DNA from: Eledone cirrhosa
Lineage: Eukaryota
Direction: 5' to 3'
NCBI GenBank assembly: GCA_964016885.1
Contig: CAXHJY010001211.1
Coordinates: 16,640-80,639 of the forward strand
Length of the DNA: 64,000 nt
Every line of letters starts with the position of its first letter. Position 1 is the first letter of the stretch. The notes beneath the pieces were generated by a model. It saw nothing but the letters and a program-made list of their open reading frames with translations, searched no databases and had not been told where the DNA came from. Shown piece by piece: positions 25,560 through 40,500 of the stretch. Position numbers and translations under genes: made by a program.

Positions 25560-28500
25560 AGGGATAACTACAACACTGTCTCTGTGGTAGAACTGGAGAG
25601 AGAAGGGTTTACTACAACAATGTCCCTGTGTTGTTAGTGAGAGAAGGGTTTACTACCACACTGTCCCTGTTGTAGAACTAGGGAGAGAGGGTTTACTACA
25701 ACACTTTCCCTGTGTTATTAGGGCGAGAAGGGTTTACTACAACACTGTCCCTGTGGTAGAACTGGGGTGAGAAGGGTTTACTACAACACTGTCCCTGTGG
25801 TAGTAGGGAGAGAAGGGTTTACTACAACACTGTCCCTGTGGTAGTAGGGAGAGAAGGGTTTACTACAACACTGTCCCTGCGGTATTGGGGAGAGAAGGGT
25901 TTACTACAACACTGTCCCTGTGGTATTGGGGGAAGAAGGGTTTACTACAACACTGTCCCTGTGGTATTGGGGAGAGAAAGGTTTACTACAACACTGTTCC
26001 TATTGTAGAACTGGGGAGAGAAATGTTTACTACAACACTGTTCCTGTGGTATTGGGGAGAGAAGGGTTTACTACAACACTGTCCACGTAGTATTCGGGAG
26101 AGAAGGGTTTACTACAACACTGTCCACGTAGTATTGGGGAGAGAAGGGTTTACTACAACACTGTCCCTGTGGTATTGGGGAGAGATGGGTTTATTACACA
26201 CTGACACTGTGGTAGAACTGGGAAGAGAAAGTTTTACTACAACACTGTCCCTGTAGTAATGGGGAGAGAAGGGTTTACTACAACACTGTCTTGTGGTAGA
26301 ACTGGGGAGAGAAGGGTTTACCACCACACAGTACTTGTGTTATTGGGGAGAGAAGGGTTTACTACAACATTGTCCTTGTAGTATTGGGGATAGAAGGATT
26401 TACTACAACACTATCCCTGTGTTATTGGGGAGAGAAGGGTTTACTACAACACTGTCCCTATGGTAGAACTGGGGAGAGAAGGGTTTACTACAACACTGTC
26501 CCTGTGGTAGTGGGGAGAGAAGGCTTTACTACAACACTGTCCCTGTATTATTGGGGAGAGAAGGTTTTACTAGAACACCGTCCCTGTGTTATTGGGGAGA
26601 GAAGGGTTTACTACAACACTGTCCCTGTGGTATTGGGGAGAGAAGGGTTTACTACAACACTGTCCCTGTGGTATTGGGGAGAGAAGGGTTTACTACAACA
26701 CTGTCCCTGTGGTATTGGGGAGAGAGGGGTTTACTACAACACTGTCGCCCTGGTAGAACTGGGAAGAGAATGGTTTACTACAACACTGTTCCTGTGGTAG
26801 AACTGGGAAGAGAAAGGTTTGCTACAACACTGTCCCTGTGAGAGAACTGGGGAGAGAAGGGTTTACCACCACACAGTCCCTGTGTTAATGGGGAGAGAAG
26901 GGTTTAGTACAACATTGTTCTTGTAGTATTGGGGAGAGAAGGATTTACTACAACATTGTTTGTGGTAGAACTGGGGAGAGAAGGGTTTACTACAACACTG
27001 TCCCTGTGGTATTAGGTAGAGGAGGGTTTACTACAACATTGTCCCTGTGGTAGAACTGGGGAGGGAAGGGATTACAACCACACAGTCCCTGTTTTATTGG
27101 GGAGAGAAGGGTTTACTACAACACTGTCCCTGTGGGAGAACTGGGGAGAGAAGGGTTTACCACCACGCAGTCCCTGTGTTAGTGGGGAGAGAAGGGTTTA
27201 CTACAACATTGTCCTTGTAGTATTGGGGAGAGAAGGATTTACTACAACATTGTTTGTGGTAGAACTGGGGAGAGAAGGGTTTACTACAACACTGTCCCTG
27301 TTTTATTGGGGAGAGAGGGGTTTACTACAACACTGTCCCTGTTTTATTGGGGAGATAAGGGTTTACTACAACAGTGTCCTTGTGGTATAATTTGGGATAG
27401 AAGTGTTTACTACAACACTGTCCCTATCGTAGAACTGGGGAGAGAAGGGTTTACCACAACACTGTCCCTGGGGTAAAACTGGCGAGAGAATGGTTTACCA
27501 CCATACTGTCCCTGTGTTATTGGGGAGAGAAGGGTTTACTACCACACTGTCCCTGTTGTAGAACTAGGGAGAGAGGGTTTACTAGAACACTTTCCCTGTG
27601 GTAGAACTGGGGTGAGAAGGGTTTACTACAACACTGTCCCTGTGGTAGAACTGGGGTGAGAAGGGTTTACTACAACACTGTCCCTGTGGTAGTGGGGAGA
27701 GAAGGCTTTACTACAACACTGTCCCTGTGGTAGTGGGGAGAGAAGGCTTTACTACAACACTGTCCCTGTGGTATTAGGGAGAGAAGGGTTTACTACAACA
27801 CTGTCCCTGTGGTATTAGGGAGAGGAGGGTTTACTACAACACTGTTCCTATGGTAGACTGGGGAGAGAAACGTTTACTACAACACTGTCCCTGTGGTATT
27901 GGGAGAGGAGGGTATACTACAACACTGTTCCTATGGTAGAACTGGGGAGAGAAAGGTTTACTAAAACACTGTCCCTGTGGTATTGGGGAGAGATGGGTTT
28001 ATTACACCCTGACCCTGTGGTAGAACTGGGAAGAGAAAGTTTTACTACAACACTGTCCCTGTGGTATTGGGAGAGAAGGGTTTACTACAACACCGTCCCT
28101 GTAGTAATGGGGTGAGAAGGATTTACTACAACACCGTCTTGTGGTAGAACTGGGGAGAGAAGGGTTTACCACCACACAGTACCTGTGTTATTGGGGAGAG
28201 AAGGGTTTACTACAACATTGTCCTTGTGGTATTGGGGAGAGAAGGATTTACTACAACACTATCCCTATGGTAGAACTGGGGAGAGAAGGGTTTACTATAA
28301 CACTGTCCCTGTATTAATGGGGAGAGAAGGTTTTACCAGAACACTGTCCCTGTGGTATTGGGGAGAAAAGGGTTTACCACCACACAGTCATTGTGTTAGT
28401 GGGGAGAGAAGGGTTTACTACAACATTGTCCTTGAAGTATTGGGGAGAGAAGGATTTACTACAACATTGTCCCTGTGTTAGTGGGGAGAGAAGGGTTTAC

Positions 28501-31500
28501 TACAACACTGTCCCTGTGGTATTAGTTAGAGGAGGGTTTACTACAACATTGTCCCTGTGGTAGAACTGGGGAGAGAAGGGTTTACCACCACACAGTCCCT
28601 GTGTTAATGGGGAGAGAAGAGTTTACTACAACACCGTCCCTGTGGTATTGGGGAGAGAAGGGTTTACTACAACACTGTCCCTGTGGTAGAACTGGGGAGA
28701 GAAGGGTTTACTACAACACGGTCCCTGTGGTATTGGGTAGAGGAGGGTTTACTACAACACTGTCCCTGTGGTATTGGGTAGAGGAGTGTTTACTACAACA
28801 CCGTCCCTGTTTTATTGGGGAGAGAGGGGTTTACTACAACACTGTCCCTGTTTTATTAGGGAGTGAAGGGTTTACTACAACAGTGTCCTTGTGGTATAAT
28901 TTGGGATAGAAGTGTTTACTACAACACTGTCCCTATCGTAGAACTGGGGAGAGAATGGTTTACCACAACACTGTACCTGGGGTAAAACTGGGGAGAGAAG
29001 GGTTTACCACCATACTGTCCCTGTGTTATTGGGGAGAGAAGGGTTTACTACAACACTGTCCCTGTGGTAGAACTGGGGAGAGAAGGGTTTACTACAACAC
29101 TGTCCCTGTGGTATTGGGTAGAGGAGGGTTTACTACAACACTGTCCCTGTTTTATTGGGGAGAGAGGGGTTTACTACAACACTGCCCCTGTTTTATTGGG
29201 GAGTGAAGGGTTTACTACAACACTGTCCCTATCGTAGAACTGGGGAGAGAAGGGTTTACCACAACACTGTACCTGGGGTAAAACTGGGGAGAGAAGGGTT
29301 TACCACCATATTGTCCCTGTGTTATTGGGGAGAGAAGGGTTTACTACAACACGGTCCCTGTGGTATTGGGGAGAGAAAGGTTTACTACAACACTGTCTCT
29401 GTGGTATTGGGGAGATAAGGGTTTACTACAACACTCCCTGTGGTATTGGGGAGAGAAGTGTGTACTACAACATTGTTCCTGTGTTGTTAGTCAGAGAAGG
29501 GTTTACCACCACACTGTCCCTGTTGTAGAACTAGGGAGAGAGGGTTTACTACAACACTTTCCTTGTGTTATTAGGGCGAGAAGGGTTTACTTCAACACTG
29601 TTCCTGTGGTAGAACTGGGGAGAGAAGGGTTTACCACCACACAGTACCTGTGTTATTGGGGAGAGAAGGGTTTACTATAACATTGTTCTTGTGGTATTGG
29701 GGATAGAAGGATTTACTACAACACTATCCCTGTGTTATTGGGGAGAGAAAGGTTTACTACAACACTGTCCCTATGGTAGAACTGGGGAGAGAAGGGTTTA
29801 CTAGAACACTGTCCCTGTATTATTGGGGAGAGAAGGTTTTACTAGAACACTGTCCCTGTGTTATTGGGGAGAGATGGGTTTACTACAACACTGTCCCTGT
29901 GGTATTGGGGAGAGAAGGGTTTACTACAACACTGTCCCTGTGGTATTGGGGAGAGAAGGGTTTACTACAACACTGTCGCCCTGGTAGAACTGGGAAGAGA
30001 ATGGTTTACTTCAACACTGTCCCTGTGAGAGAACTTGGGAGAGAAGGGTTTACCACCACACAATCCCTGTGTTAGTGGGGAGAGAAGGGTTTACTACAAC
30101 ATTGTCCTTGTAGTATTGGGGAGAGAAGGATTTACTACAACATTGTTTGCGGTAGAACTTGGGAAAGAAGGGTTTACTACAACACTGTCCCTGTTTTATT
30201 GGGGAAATAAGGGTTTACTACAACAGTGTCCTTGTGGTATAATTTGGGATAGAAGTGTTTACTACAACACTGTCCCAATCGTAGAACTGGGGAGAGAAGG
30301 GTTTACCACAACACTGACCCTGAGTAAAACTTGGGAGAGAAGGGTTTACCACCATACTGTCCTTGTTATTGGGGAGAGAAGGGTTTATTACAACACTGTC
30401 CCTGTATTATTGGGTAGAGAAGGTTTTACTAGAACACTGTCCCTGTGTTATTGGGGAGAGAAGGGTTTATTACAACACTGTCCCTCTGGTATTGGGGACA
30501 GAAGGGTTTACTACAACACTGTCCCTGTGGTATTGGGCAGATAGGGGTTTACTACAACACTGTCGTCCTGGTAGAACTGGGAAGAGAATGGTTTACTACA
30601 ACATTGTCCCTGTGGTAGAACTGGGAAGGAAAGGTTTACTACAACACTGTCCCTGTATTATTGGGGAGCGAATGTTTTACTAGAACACTGTCCCTGTGTT
30701 ATTGGGGAGAGAAGGGTTTACTACAACACTGTCTCTGTGGTATTGGGGAGATAAGGGTTTACTACAACACTCCCTGTGGTATTGGAGAGAGAAGGGTTTA
30801 CTACAACGCTGTCTCTGTGGTATTGGGGAGATAAGGGTTTACTACAACACTGTCCCTGTGGTATTGGAGAGAGAGGGTTTACTACAACACTGTTCCTGTG
30901 TTGTTATTGAGAGAAGGGTTTACTACCACACTGTCCCTGTTTTAGAACTAGGGAGAGAGGGTTTACTACAACACTTTCCCTGTATTATTAGGGCGAGAAG
31001 GGTTTACTTCAACACTGTTCCTGTGGTAGAACTGGGGAGAGAAGGGTTTACTACAACACTGTCCCTATCGTAGAACTGGGGAGAGAAGCGTTTACTACAA
31101 CACTGTCCCTATCGTAGAACTGGGGAGAGAAGGGTTTACCACAACACTGTCCCTGGGGTAAAACTGGCGAGAGAAGGGTTTACCACCATACTGTCCCTGT
31201 GTTATTGGGGAGAGAAGCGTTTACTACCACACTGTCCCTGTTGTAGAACTAGGGAGAGAGGGTTTACTAGAACACTTTCCCTGTGTTATTAGGGCGAGAA
31301 GGGTTTACTACAACACTGTCCCTGTGGTAGAACTGGGGTGAGAAGGGTTTACTACAACACTGTCCCTGTGGTAGTGGGGAGAGAAGGCTTTACTACAACA
31401 CTGTCCCTGTGGTAGTGGGGAGAGAAGGGTTTACTACAACACTGTCCCTATGGTAGAACTGGGGAGAGAAGGGTTTACTACAACACTGTCCCTGTGGTAG

Positions 31501-34500
31501 TGGGGAGAGAAGGCTTTACTACAACACTGTCCCTGTATTATTGGGGAGAGAAGGTTTTACTAGAACACCGTCCCTGTGTTATTGGGGAGAGAAGGGTTTA
31601 CTACAACACTGTCCCTGTGGTATTGGGGAGAGAAGGGTTTACTACAACACTGTCCCTGTGGTATTGGGGAGAGAAGGGTTTACTACAACACTGTCCCTGT
31701 GGTATTGGGGAGAGAGGGGTTTACTACAACACTGTCGCCCTGGTAGAACTGGGAAGAGAATGGTTTACTACAACACTGTTCCTGTGGTAGAACTGGGAAG
31801 AGAAAGGTTTGCTACAACACTGTCCCTGTGAGAGAACTGGGGAGAGAAGGGTTTACCACCACACAGTCCCTGTGTTAATGGGGAGAGAAGGGTTTAGTAC
31901 AACATTGTTCTTGTAGTATTGGGGAGAGAAGGATTTACTACAACATTGTTTGTGGTAGAACTGGGGAGAGAAGGGTTTACTACAACACTGTCCCTGTGGT
32001 ATTAGGTAGAGGAGGGTTTACTACAACATTGTCCCTGTGGTAGAACTGGGGAGGGAAGGGATTACAACCACACAGTCCCTGTTTTATTGGGGAGAGAAGG
32101 GTTTACTACAACACTGTCCCTGTGGGAGAACTGGGGAGAGAAGGGTTTACCACCACGCAGTCCCTGTGTTAGTGGGGAGAGAAGGGTTTACTACAACATT
32201 GTCCTTGTAGTATTGGGGAGAGAAGGATTTACTACAACATTGTTTGTGGTAGAACTGGGGAGAGAAGGGTTTACTACAACACTGTCCCTGTTTTATTGGG
32301 GAGAGAGGGGTTTACTACAACACTGTCCCTGTTTTATTGGGGAGATAAGGGTTTACTACAACAGTGTCCTTGTGGTATAATTTGGGATAGAAGTGTTTAC
32401 TACAACACTGTCCCTATCGTAGAACTGGGGAGAGAAGGGTTTACCACAACACTGTCCCTGGGGTAAAACTGGCGAGAGAATGGTTTACCACCATACTGTC
32501 CCTGTGTTATTGGGGAGAGAAGGGTTTACTACCACACTGTCCCTGTTGTAGAACTAGGGAGAGAGGGTTTACTAGAACACTTTCCCTGTGGTAGAACTGG
32601 GGTGAGAAGGGTTTACTACAACACTGTCCCTGTGGTAGAACTGGGGTGAGAAGGGTTTACTACAACACTGTCCCTGTGGTAGTGGGGAGAGAAGGCTTTA
32701 CTACAACACTGTCCCTGTGGTAGTGGGGAGAGAAGGCTTTACTACAACACTGTCCCTGTGGTATTAGGGAGAGAAGGGTTTACTACAACACTGTCCCTGT
32801 GGTATTAGGGAGAGGAGGGTTTACTACAACACTGTTCCTATGGTAGACTGGGGAGAGAAACGTTTACTACAACACTGTCCCTGTGGTATTGGGAGAGGAG
32901 GGTATACTACAACACTGTTCCTATGGTAGAACTGGGGAGAGAAAGGTTTACTAAAACACTGTCCCTGTGGTATTGGGGAGAGATGGGTTTATTACACCCT
33001 GACCCTGTGGTAGAACTGGGAAGAGAAAGTTTTACTACAACACTGTCCCTGTGGTATTGGGAGAGAAGGGTTTACTACAACACCGTCCCTGTAGTAATGG
33101 GGTGAGAAGGATTTACTACAACACCGTCTTGTGGTAGAACTGGGGAGAGAAGGGTTTACCACCACACAGTACCTGTGTTATTGGGGAGAGAAGGGTTTAC
33201 TACAACATTGTCCTTGTGGTATTGGGGAGAGAAGGATTTACTACAACACTATCCCTATGGTAGAACTGGGGAGAGAAGGGTTTACTATAACACTGTCCCT
33301 GTATTAATGGGGAGAGAAGGTTTTACCAGAACACTGTCCCTGTGGTATTGGGGAGAAAAGGGTTTACCACCACACAGTCATTGTGTTAGTGGGGAGAGAA
33401 GGGTTTACTACAACATTGTCCTTGAAGTATTGGGGAGAGAAGGATTTACTACAACATTGTCCCTGTGTTAGTGGGGAGAGAAGGGTTTACTACAACACTG
33501 TCCCTGTGGTATTAGTTAGAGGAGGGTTTACTACAACATTGTCCCTGTGGTAGAACTGGGGAGAGAAGGGTTTACCACCACACAGTCCCTGTGTTAATGG
33601 GGAGAGAAGAGTTTACTACAACACCGTCCCTGTGGTATTGGGGAGAGAAGGGTTTACTACAACACTGTCCCTGTGGTAGAACTGGGGAGAGAAGGGTTTA
33701 CTACAACACGGTCCCTGTGGTATTGGGTAGAGGAGGGTTTACTACAACACTGTCCCTGTGGTATTGGGTAGAGGAGTGTTTACTACAACACCGTCCCTGT
33801 TTTATTGGGGAGAGAGGGGTTTACTACAACACTGTCCCTGTTTTATTAGGGAGTGAAGGGTTTACTACAACAGTGTCCTTGTGGTATAATTTGGGATAGA
33901 AGTGTTTACTACAACACTGTCCCTATCGTAGAACTGGGGAGAGAATGGTTTACCACAACACTGTACCTGGGGTAAAACTGGGGAGAGAAGGGTTTACCAC
34001 CATACTGTCCCTGTGTTATTGGGGAGAGAAGGGTTTACTACAACACTGTCCCTGTGGTAGAACTGGGGAGAGAAGGGTTTACTACAACACTGTCCCTGTG
34101 GTATTGGGTAGAGGAGGGTTTACTACAACACTGTCCCTGTTTTATTGGGGAGAGAGGGGTTTACTACAACACTGCCCCTGTTTTATTGGGGAGTGAAGGG
34201 TTTACTACAACACTGTCCCTATCGTAGAACTGGGGAGAGAAGGGTTTACCACAACACTGTACCTGGGGTAAAACTGGGGAGAGAAGGGTTTACCACCATA
34301 TTGTCCCTGTGTTATTGGGGAGAGAAGGGTTTACTACAACACGGTCCCTGTGGTATTGGGGAGAGAAAGGTTTACTACAACACTGTCTCTGTGGTATTGG
34401 GGAGATAAGGGTTTACTACAACACTCCCTGTGGTATTGGGGAGAGAAGTGTGTACTACAACATTGTTCCTGTGTTGTTAGTCAGAGAAGGGTTTACCACC

Positions 34501-37500
34501 ACACTGTCCCTGTTGTAGAACTAGGGAGAGAGGGTTTACTACAACACTTTCCTTGTGTTATTAGGGCGAGAAGGGTTTACTTCAACACTGTTCCTGTGGT
34601 AGAACTGGGGAGAGAAGGGTTTACCACCACACAGTACCTGTGTTATTGGGGAGAGAAGGGTTTACTATAACATTGTTCTTGTGGTATTGGGGATAGAAGG
34701 ATTTACTACAACACTATCCCTGTGTTATTGGGGAGAGAAAGGTTTACTACAACACTGTCCCTATGGTAGAACTGGGGAGAGAAGGGTTTACTAGAACACT
34801 GTCCCTGTATTATTGGGGAGAGAAGGTTTTACTAGAACACTGTCCCTGTGTTATTGGGGAGAGATGGGTTTACTACAACACTGTCCCTGTGGTATTGGGG
34901 AGAGAAGGGTTTACTACAACACTGTCCCTGTGGTATTGGGGAGAGAAGGGTTTACTACAACACTGTCGCCCTGGTAGAACTGGGAAGAGAATGGTTTACT
35001 TCAACACTGTCCCTGTGAGAGAACTTGGGAGAGAAGGGTTTACCACCACACAATCCCTGTGTTAGTGGGGAGAGAAGGGTTTACTACAACATTGTCCTTG
35101 TAGTATTGGGGAGAGAAGGATTTACTACAACATTGTTTGTGGTAGAACTTGGGAAAGAAGGGTTTACTACAACACTGTCCCTGTTTTATTGGGGAAATAA
35201 GGGTTTACTACAACAGTGTCCTTGTGGTATAATTTGGGATAGAAGTGTTTACTACAACACTGTCCCAATCGTAGAACTGGGGAGAGAAGGGTTTACCACA
35301 ACACTGACCCTGAGTAAAACTTGGGAGAGAAGGGTTTACCACCATACTGTCCGTGTTATTGGGGAGAGAAGGGTTTATTACAACACTGTCCCTGTATTAT
35401 TGGGTAGAGAAGGTTTTACTAGAACACTGTCCCTGTGTTATTGGGGAGAGAAGGGTTTATTACAACACTGTCCCTCTGGTATTGGGGACAGAAGGGTTTA
35501 CTACAACACTGTCCCTGTGGTATTGGGCAGATAGGGGTTTACTACAACACTGTCGTCCTGGTAGAACTGGGAAGAGAATGGTTTACTACAACATTGTCCC
35601 TGTGGTAGAACTGGGAAGGAAAGGTTTACTACAACACTGTCCCTGTATTATTGGGGAGCGAATGTTTTACTAGAACACTGTCCCTGTGTTATTGGGGAGA
35701 GAAGGGTTTACTACAACACTGTCTCTGTGGTATTGGGGAGATAAGGGTTTACTACAACACTCCCTGTGGTATTGGAGAGAGAAGGGTTTACTACAACGCT
35801 GTCTCTGTGGTATTGGGGAGATAAGGGTTTACTACAACACTGTCCCTGTGGTATTGGAGAGAGAGGGTTTACTACAACACTGTTCCTGTGTTGTTATTGA
35901 GAGAAGGGTTTACTACCACACTGTCCCTGTTTTAGAACTAGGGAGAGAGGGTTTACTACAACACTTTCCCTGTATTATTAGGGCGAGAAGGGTTTACTTC
36001 AACACTGTTCCTGTGGTAGAACTGGGGAGAGAAGGGTTTACTACAACACTGTCCCTATCGTAGAACTGGGGAGAGAAGCGTTTACTACAACACTGTCCCT
36101 ATCGTAGAACTGGGGAGAGAAGGGTTTACCACAACACTGTCCCTGGGGTAAAACTGGCGAGAGAAGGGTTTACCACCATACTGTCCCTGTGTTATTGGGG
36201 AGAGAAGCGTTTACTACCACACTGTCCCTGTTGTAGAACTAGGGAGAGAGGGTTTACTAGAACACTTTCCCTGTGTTATTAGGGCGAGAAGGGTTTACTA
36301 CAACACTGTCCCTGTGGTAGAACTGGGGTGAGAAGGGTTTACTACAACACTGTCCCTGTGGTAGTGGGGAGAGAAGGCTTTACTACAACACTGTCCCTGT
36401 GGTAGTGGGGAGAGAAGGCTTTACTACAACACTGTCCCTGTGGTATTAGGGAGAGAAGGGTTTACTACAACACTGTCCCTGTGGTATTGGGAGAGGAGGG
36501 TTTACTACAACACTGTTCCTATGGTAGACTGGGGATAGAAACGTTTACTACAACACTGTCCCTGTGGTATTGGGAGAGGAGGGTATACTACAACACTGTT
36601 CCTATGGTAGAACTGGGGAGAGAAAGGTTTACTACAACACTGTCCCTGTGGTATTGGGAGAAAAGGGTTTATTACAACATTGTCCTTGTTTTATTGGGGA
36701 GAGAACGGTTTACTACAACACTGTCCACGTAGTATTGGGGAGAGAAGGGTTTACTAAAACACTGTCCCTGTGGTATTGTGGAGAGATGAGTTTATTACAC
36801 CCTGACCCTGTGGTAGAACTGGGAAGAGAAAGTTTTACTACAACACTGTCCCTGTGGTATTGGGAGAGAAGGGTTTACTACAACACCGTCCCTGTAGTAA
36901 TGGGGAGAGAAGGGTTTACTACAACACTGTTTTGTGGTAGAACTGGGGAGAGAAGGGTTTACCACCACACAGTACCTGTGTTATTGGGGAGAGAAGGGTT
37001 TACTACAACATTGTCCTTGTGGTATTGTGGAGAGAAGGATTTAATACAACACTATCCCTATGGTAGAACTGGGAGGAGAAGGGTTTACTATAACACTGTC
37101 CCTGTATTAATGGGGAGAGAAGGTTTTACCAGAACACTGTCCCTGTGGTATTGGGGAGAAAAGGGTTTACCACCACACAGTCCCTGTGTTAGTGGGGAGA
37201 GAAGGGTTTACTACAACATTGTCCTTGAAGTATTGGGGAGAGAAGGATTTACTACAACATTGTCCCTGTGTTAGTGGGGAGAGAAGGGTTTACTACAACA
37301 CTGTCCCTGTGGTATTAGTTAGAGGAGGGTTTACTACAACATTGTCCCTGTGGTAGAACTGGCGAGAGAAGGGTTTACTACCACACAGTCCCTGTGTTAA
37401 TGGGGAGAGAAGGGTTTACTACAACACCGTCCCTGTGGTATTGGGGAGAGAAGGGTTTACTACAACACTGTCCCTATCGTAGAACTGGGGAGAGAAGGGT

Positions 37501-40500
37501 TTACCACCACACAGTCCCTGTGTTAATGGGGAGAGAAGGGTTTACTACAACACTGTCCCTGTGGTAGAACTGGGGAGAGAAGGGTTTACTACAACACGGT
37601 CCCTGTGGTATTGGGTAGAGGAGGGTTTACTACAACACTGTCCCTGTGGTATTGGGTAGAGGAAGGTTTACTACAACACCGTCCCTGTTTTATTGGGGAG
37701 AGAGGGGTTTACTACAACACTGTCCCTGTTTTATTAGGGAGTGAAGGGTTTACTACAACAGTGTCCTTGTGGTATAATTTGGGATAGAAGTGTTTACTAC
37801 AACACTGTCCCTATCGTAGAACTGGGGAGAGAATGGTTTACCACAACACTGTACCTGGGGTAAAACTGGGGAGAGAAGGGTTTACCACCATACTGTCCCT
37901 GTGTTATTGGGGAGAGAAGGGTTTACTACAACACTGTCCCTGTGGAATTGGGTAGAGGAGGGTTTACTACAACACTGTCCCTGTTTTATTGGGGAGAGAG
38001 GGGTTTACTACAACACTGCCCCTGTTTTATTGGGGAGTGAAGGGTTTACTACAACACTGTCCCTATCGTAGAACTGGGGAGAGAAGGGTTTACCACAACA
38101 CTGTACCTGGGGTAAAACTGGGGAGAGAAGGGTTTACCACCATATTGTCCCTGTGTTATTGGGGAGAGAAGGGTTTACTACAACACGGTCCCTGTGGTAT
38201 TGGGGAGAGAAAGGTTTACTACAACACTGTCTCTGTGGTATTGGGGAGATAAGGGTTTACTACAACACTCCCTGTGGTAATGGGGAGAGAAGTGTGTACT
38301 ACAACATTGTTCCTGTGTTGTTAGTCAGAGAAGGGTTTACTACCACACTCTCCCTGTTGTAGAACTAGGGAGAGAGGGTTTACTACAACACTTTCCTTGT
38401 GTTATTAGGGCGAGAAGGGTTTACTTCAACACTGTTCCTGTGGTAGAACTGGGGAGAGAAGGGTTTACCACCACACAGTACCTGTGTTATTGGGGAGAGA
38501 AGGGTTTACTACAACATTGTCCTTGTGGTATTGTGGAGAGAAGGATTTAATACAACACTATCCCTATGGTAGAACTGGGAGGAGAAGGGTTTACTATAAC
38601 ACTGTCCCTGTATTAATGGGGAGAGAAGGTTTTACCAGAACACTGTCCCTGTGGTATTGGGGAGAAAAGGGTTTACCACCACACAGTCCCTGTGTTAGTG
38701 GGGAGAGAAGGGTTTACTACAACATTGTCCTTGAAGTATTGGGGAGAGAAGGATTTACTACAACATTGTCCCTGTGTTAGTGGGGAGAGAAGGGTTTACT
38801 ACAACACTGTCCCTGTGGTATTAGTTAGAGGAGGGTTTACTACAACATTGTCCCTGTGGTAGAACTGGCGAGAGAAGGGTTTACTACCACACAGTCCCTG
38901 TGTTAATGGGGAGAGAAGGGTTTACTACAACACCGTCCCTGTGGTATTGGGGAGAGAAGGGTTTACTACAACACTGTCCCTATCGTAGAACTGGGGAGAG
39001 AAGGGTTTACCACCACACAGTCCCTGTTTTAATGGGGAGAGAAGGGTTTACTACAACACTGTCCCTGTGGTAGAACTGGGGAGAGAAGGGTTTACTACAA
39101 CACGGTCCCTGTGGTATTGGGTAGAGGAGGGTTTACTACAACACTGTCCCTGTGGTATTGGGTAGAGGAAGGTTTACTACAACACCGTCCCTGTTTTATT
39201 GGGGAGAGAGGGGTTTACTACAACACTGTCCCTGTTTTATTAGGGAGTGAAGGGTTTACTACAACAGTGTCCTTGTGGTATAATTTGGGATAGAAGTGTT
39301 TACTACAACACTGTCCCTATCGTAGAACTGGGGAGAGAATGGTTTACCACAACACTGTACCTGGGGTAAAACTGGGGAGAGAAGGGTTTACCACCATACT
39401 GTCCCTGTGTTATTGGGGAGAGAAGGGTTTACTACAACACTGTCCCTGTGGTATTGGGTAGAGGAGGGTTTACTACAACACTGTCCCTGTTTTATTGGGG
39501 AGAGAGGGGTTTACTACAACACTGCCCCTGTTTTATTGGGGAGTGAAGGGTTTACTACAACACTGTCCCTATCGTAGAACTGGGGAGAGAAGGGTTTACC
39601 ACAACACTGTACCTGGGGTAAAACTGGGGAGAGAAGGGTTTACCACCATATTGTCCCTGTGTTATTGGGGAGAGAAGGGTTTACTACAACACGGTCCCTG
39701 TGGTATTGGGGAGAGAAAGGTTTACTACAACACTGTCTCTGTGGTATTGGGGAGATAAGGGTTTACTACAACACTCCCTGTGGTAATGGGGAGAGAAGTG
39801 TGTACTACAACATTGTTCCTGTGTTGTTAGTCAGAGAAGGGTTTACTACCACACTCTCCCTGTTGTAGAACTAGGGAGAGAGGGTTTACTACAACACTTT
39901 CCTTGTGTTATTAGGGCGAGAAGGGTTTACTTCAACACTGTTCCTGTGGTAGAACTGGGGAGAGAAGGGTTTACCACCACACAGTACCTGTGTTATTGGG
40001 GAGAGAAGGGTTTACTATAACATTGTCCTCGTGGTATTGGGGATAGAAGGATTTACTACAACACTATCCCTGTGTTATTGGGGAGAGAAAGGTTTACTAC
40101 AACACTGTCCCTGTATTATTGGGGAGAGAAGGTTTTACTAGAACACTGTCCCTGTGTTATTGGGGAGAGATGGGTTTACTACAACACTGTCCCTGTGGTA
40201 TTGGGGAGAGAAGGGTTTACTACAACACTGTCCCTGTGGTATTGGGGAGAGAAGGGTTTACTACAACACTGTCGCCCTGGTAGAACTGGGAAGAGAATGG
40301 TTTACTTCAACACTGTCCCTGTGAGAGAACTGGGGAGAGAAGGGTTTACCACCACACAATCCCTGTGTTAGTGGGGAGAGAAGGGTTTACTACAACATTG
40401 TCCTTGTAGTATTGGGGAGAGAAGGATTTACTACAACATTGTTTGTTGTAGAACTTGGGAGAGAAGGGTTTACTACAACACTGTCCCTGTTTTATTGGGG